DNA of 64,000 bases from assembly GCA_010093995.1 (NCBI GenBank), contig ML992511.1, positions 233,917 to 297,916 on the forward strand, written 5' to 3'. The translations under genes and the position numbers were made by a program. This document shows positions 62,825 through 64,000 of this stretch, piece after piece. The notes below the pieces were generated by a model that had not been told where the DNA came from, searched no databases, and saw only the letters and a program-made list of their open reading frames with translations. Source of the stretch: Elsinoe ampelina. Its lineage: Eukaryota. The stretch's first letter is position 1, and the number at the start of each line of letters is the position of its first letter.

Positions 62825-64000
62825 GAGAGAATCTGAGGTAGTGTAGGAAATGTGATATTAGGCGCGGCGTGGAGAGCACGGAGCTCTGCGAGCTAAAGAG
62901 TACAAGAGATACAAGTACGAGTGTGCACTGCCATGAAGGATGATTGATGGAATGCAAACTCACGCATAGTTGTGGAGCAGCTTCCTCTAGTTGAGAGAGA
63001 GAAGGACAAAGACTGCGCTTGGCGAGGCGAAAGTGTCGAGAAGGGCTTTGCTGGGGCCCAAGGGTTTGATCAGCACAAAAGCAGCAGAGTGGTGGAGGCT
63101 GGAGATGTTGCGGAAGATTGGCTATAGCACTAACGGGCGGGACTGCCAAGAGTTGCTGTGCGCTGTGTGGCTGAAGCTGGGCAGGCAAATGGAGTGCCCT
63201 GTCTGTCAGTGTCTGTTAAACGAGGATCAACAGGACCAAGCGGACCAAGCAAAGGGGCGTGTGATCAGGGAAGCAGTGAGAAGAATGCCATCATCGACAA
63301 GGAGGAAAAGAGGGGGTTTAATGCAGGAGCAACAGCGAAAGATCAAGCTCGCTCGGGCGTGTGATGTCAGTGGGCTGGCCGGCCAGCAATTTCATCGACT
63401 GCACAGCCCCGAAACAGACTGGTGACAACCGGGCAAAAAGGCTATGGTCTTGGCTGCTCTGGCGGGTTTCCATCCCATCGTCCATCTTAAGGTTGGTTGT
63501 TGCGCTCACGATGATCTCCTCGCCGCAGATCTGCTGTTTGCGAATCAGGAATGTTTTTGCGACCATGTGTTTGACCCGTCTCCCAAAACTTATATCGGCG
63601 AATCAAGTGGACGGCACAGAGAAGCTTAATGTCATCAAGAGCCGTGCCGTGTCGAGCAAGACCCGTCAAGGTCTCCCGTTTCAGCTCGACAGGACAGGAC
63701 CGTCAGGACGGGATGAAAAGACACTTTCTCGGGCCTGAAAATCAGACGGAAATCGTGCGAGGATCAGCCGTGGGACCTCACACGGCCGGCATGTCCCTGG
63801 GTCCGTCGTGCCGTCAAGTAGCTGTTCCTGCTTCGCGCACATGCTCAGATGAATGTGTCATGATGGGAAAAAGCATCTAACATGGTTCTAATATTCCGTC
63901 GTATTCTTCTCAACTACAAATGTGAATGATAATGGCAGCTAATCATGCATGTCCTACCAGACACCAAGCATCACCCTATGTGTGCTGCCGCCATGTACAA

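Overview
Gene-dense eukaryotic DNA from a filamentous ascomycete (Pezizomycotina). The evidence is short GT-AG introns with CTRAC branch sites, NsdD- and VosA-like regulators and RIP-type repeat decay; Eurotiomycetes is likely but is inference only. About 24 protein genes can be read, mostly housekeeping (fRMsr, DCTN5, GFA, nsdD, GSH1, GH27, RIB1, vosA, USE1, SEC28, PTPA, GPx, RVS167, NFS1, VCX1). There is one complete RIP-destroyed PIF/Harbinger-type transposon (39883-42828, 16-bp TIRs, TAA TSD). An accessory-looking island (about 22360-28240) holds two pseudogenes, two AT-rich repeat relics and an intronless gene for a tandem two-domain PLP decarboxylase whose halves appear to have lost complementary catalytic parts. 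Non-coding highlights are a box C/D snoRNA in the NFS1 intron with a 13-nt 18S antisense element, an unidentified highly structured segment at 32690-32990, a fold-back 356-nt intron, a CCAGGA array in a TF leader and a recurrent intragenic C-rich to G-rich switch. All calls come from manual reading and recalled family motifs; no database searches were run.
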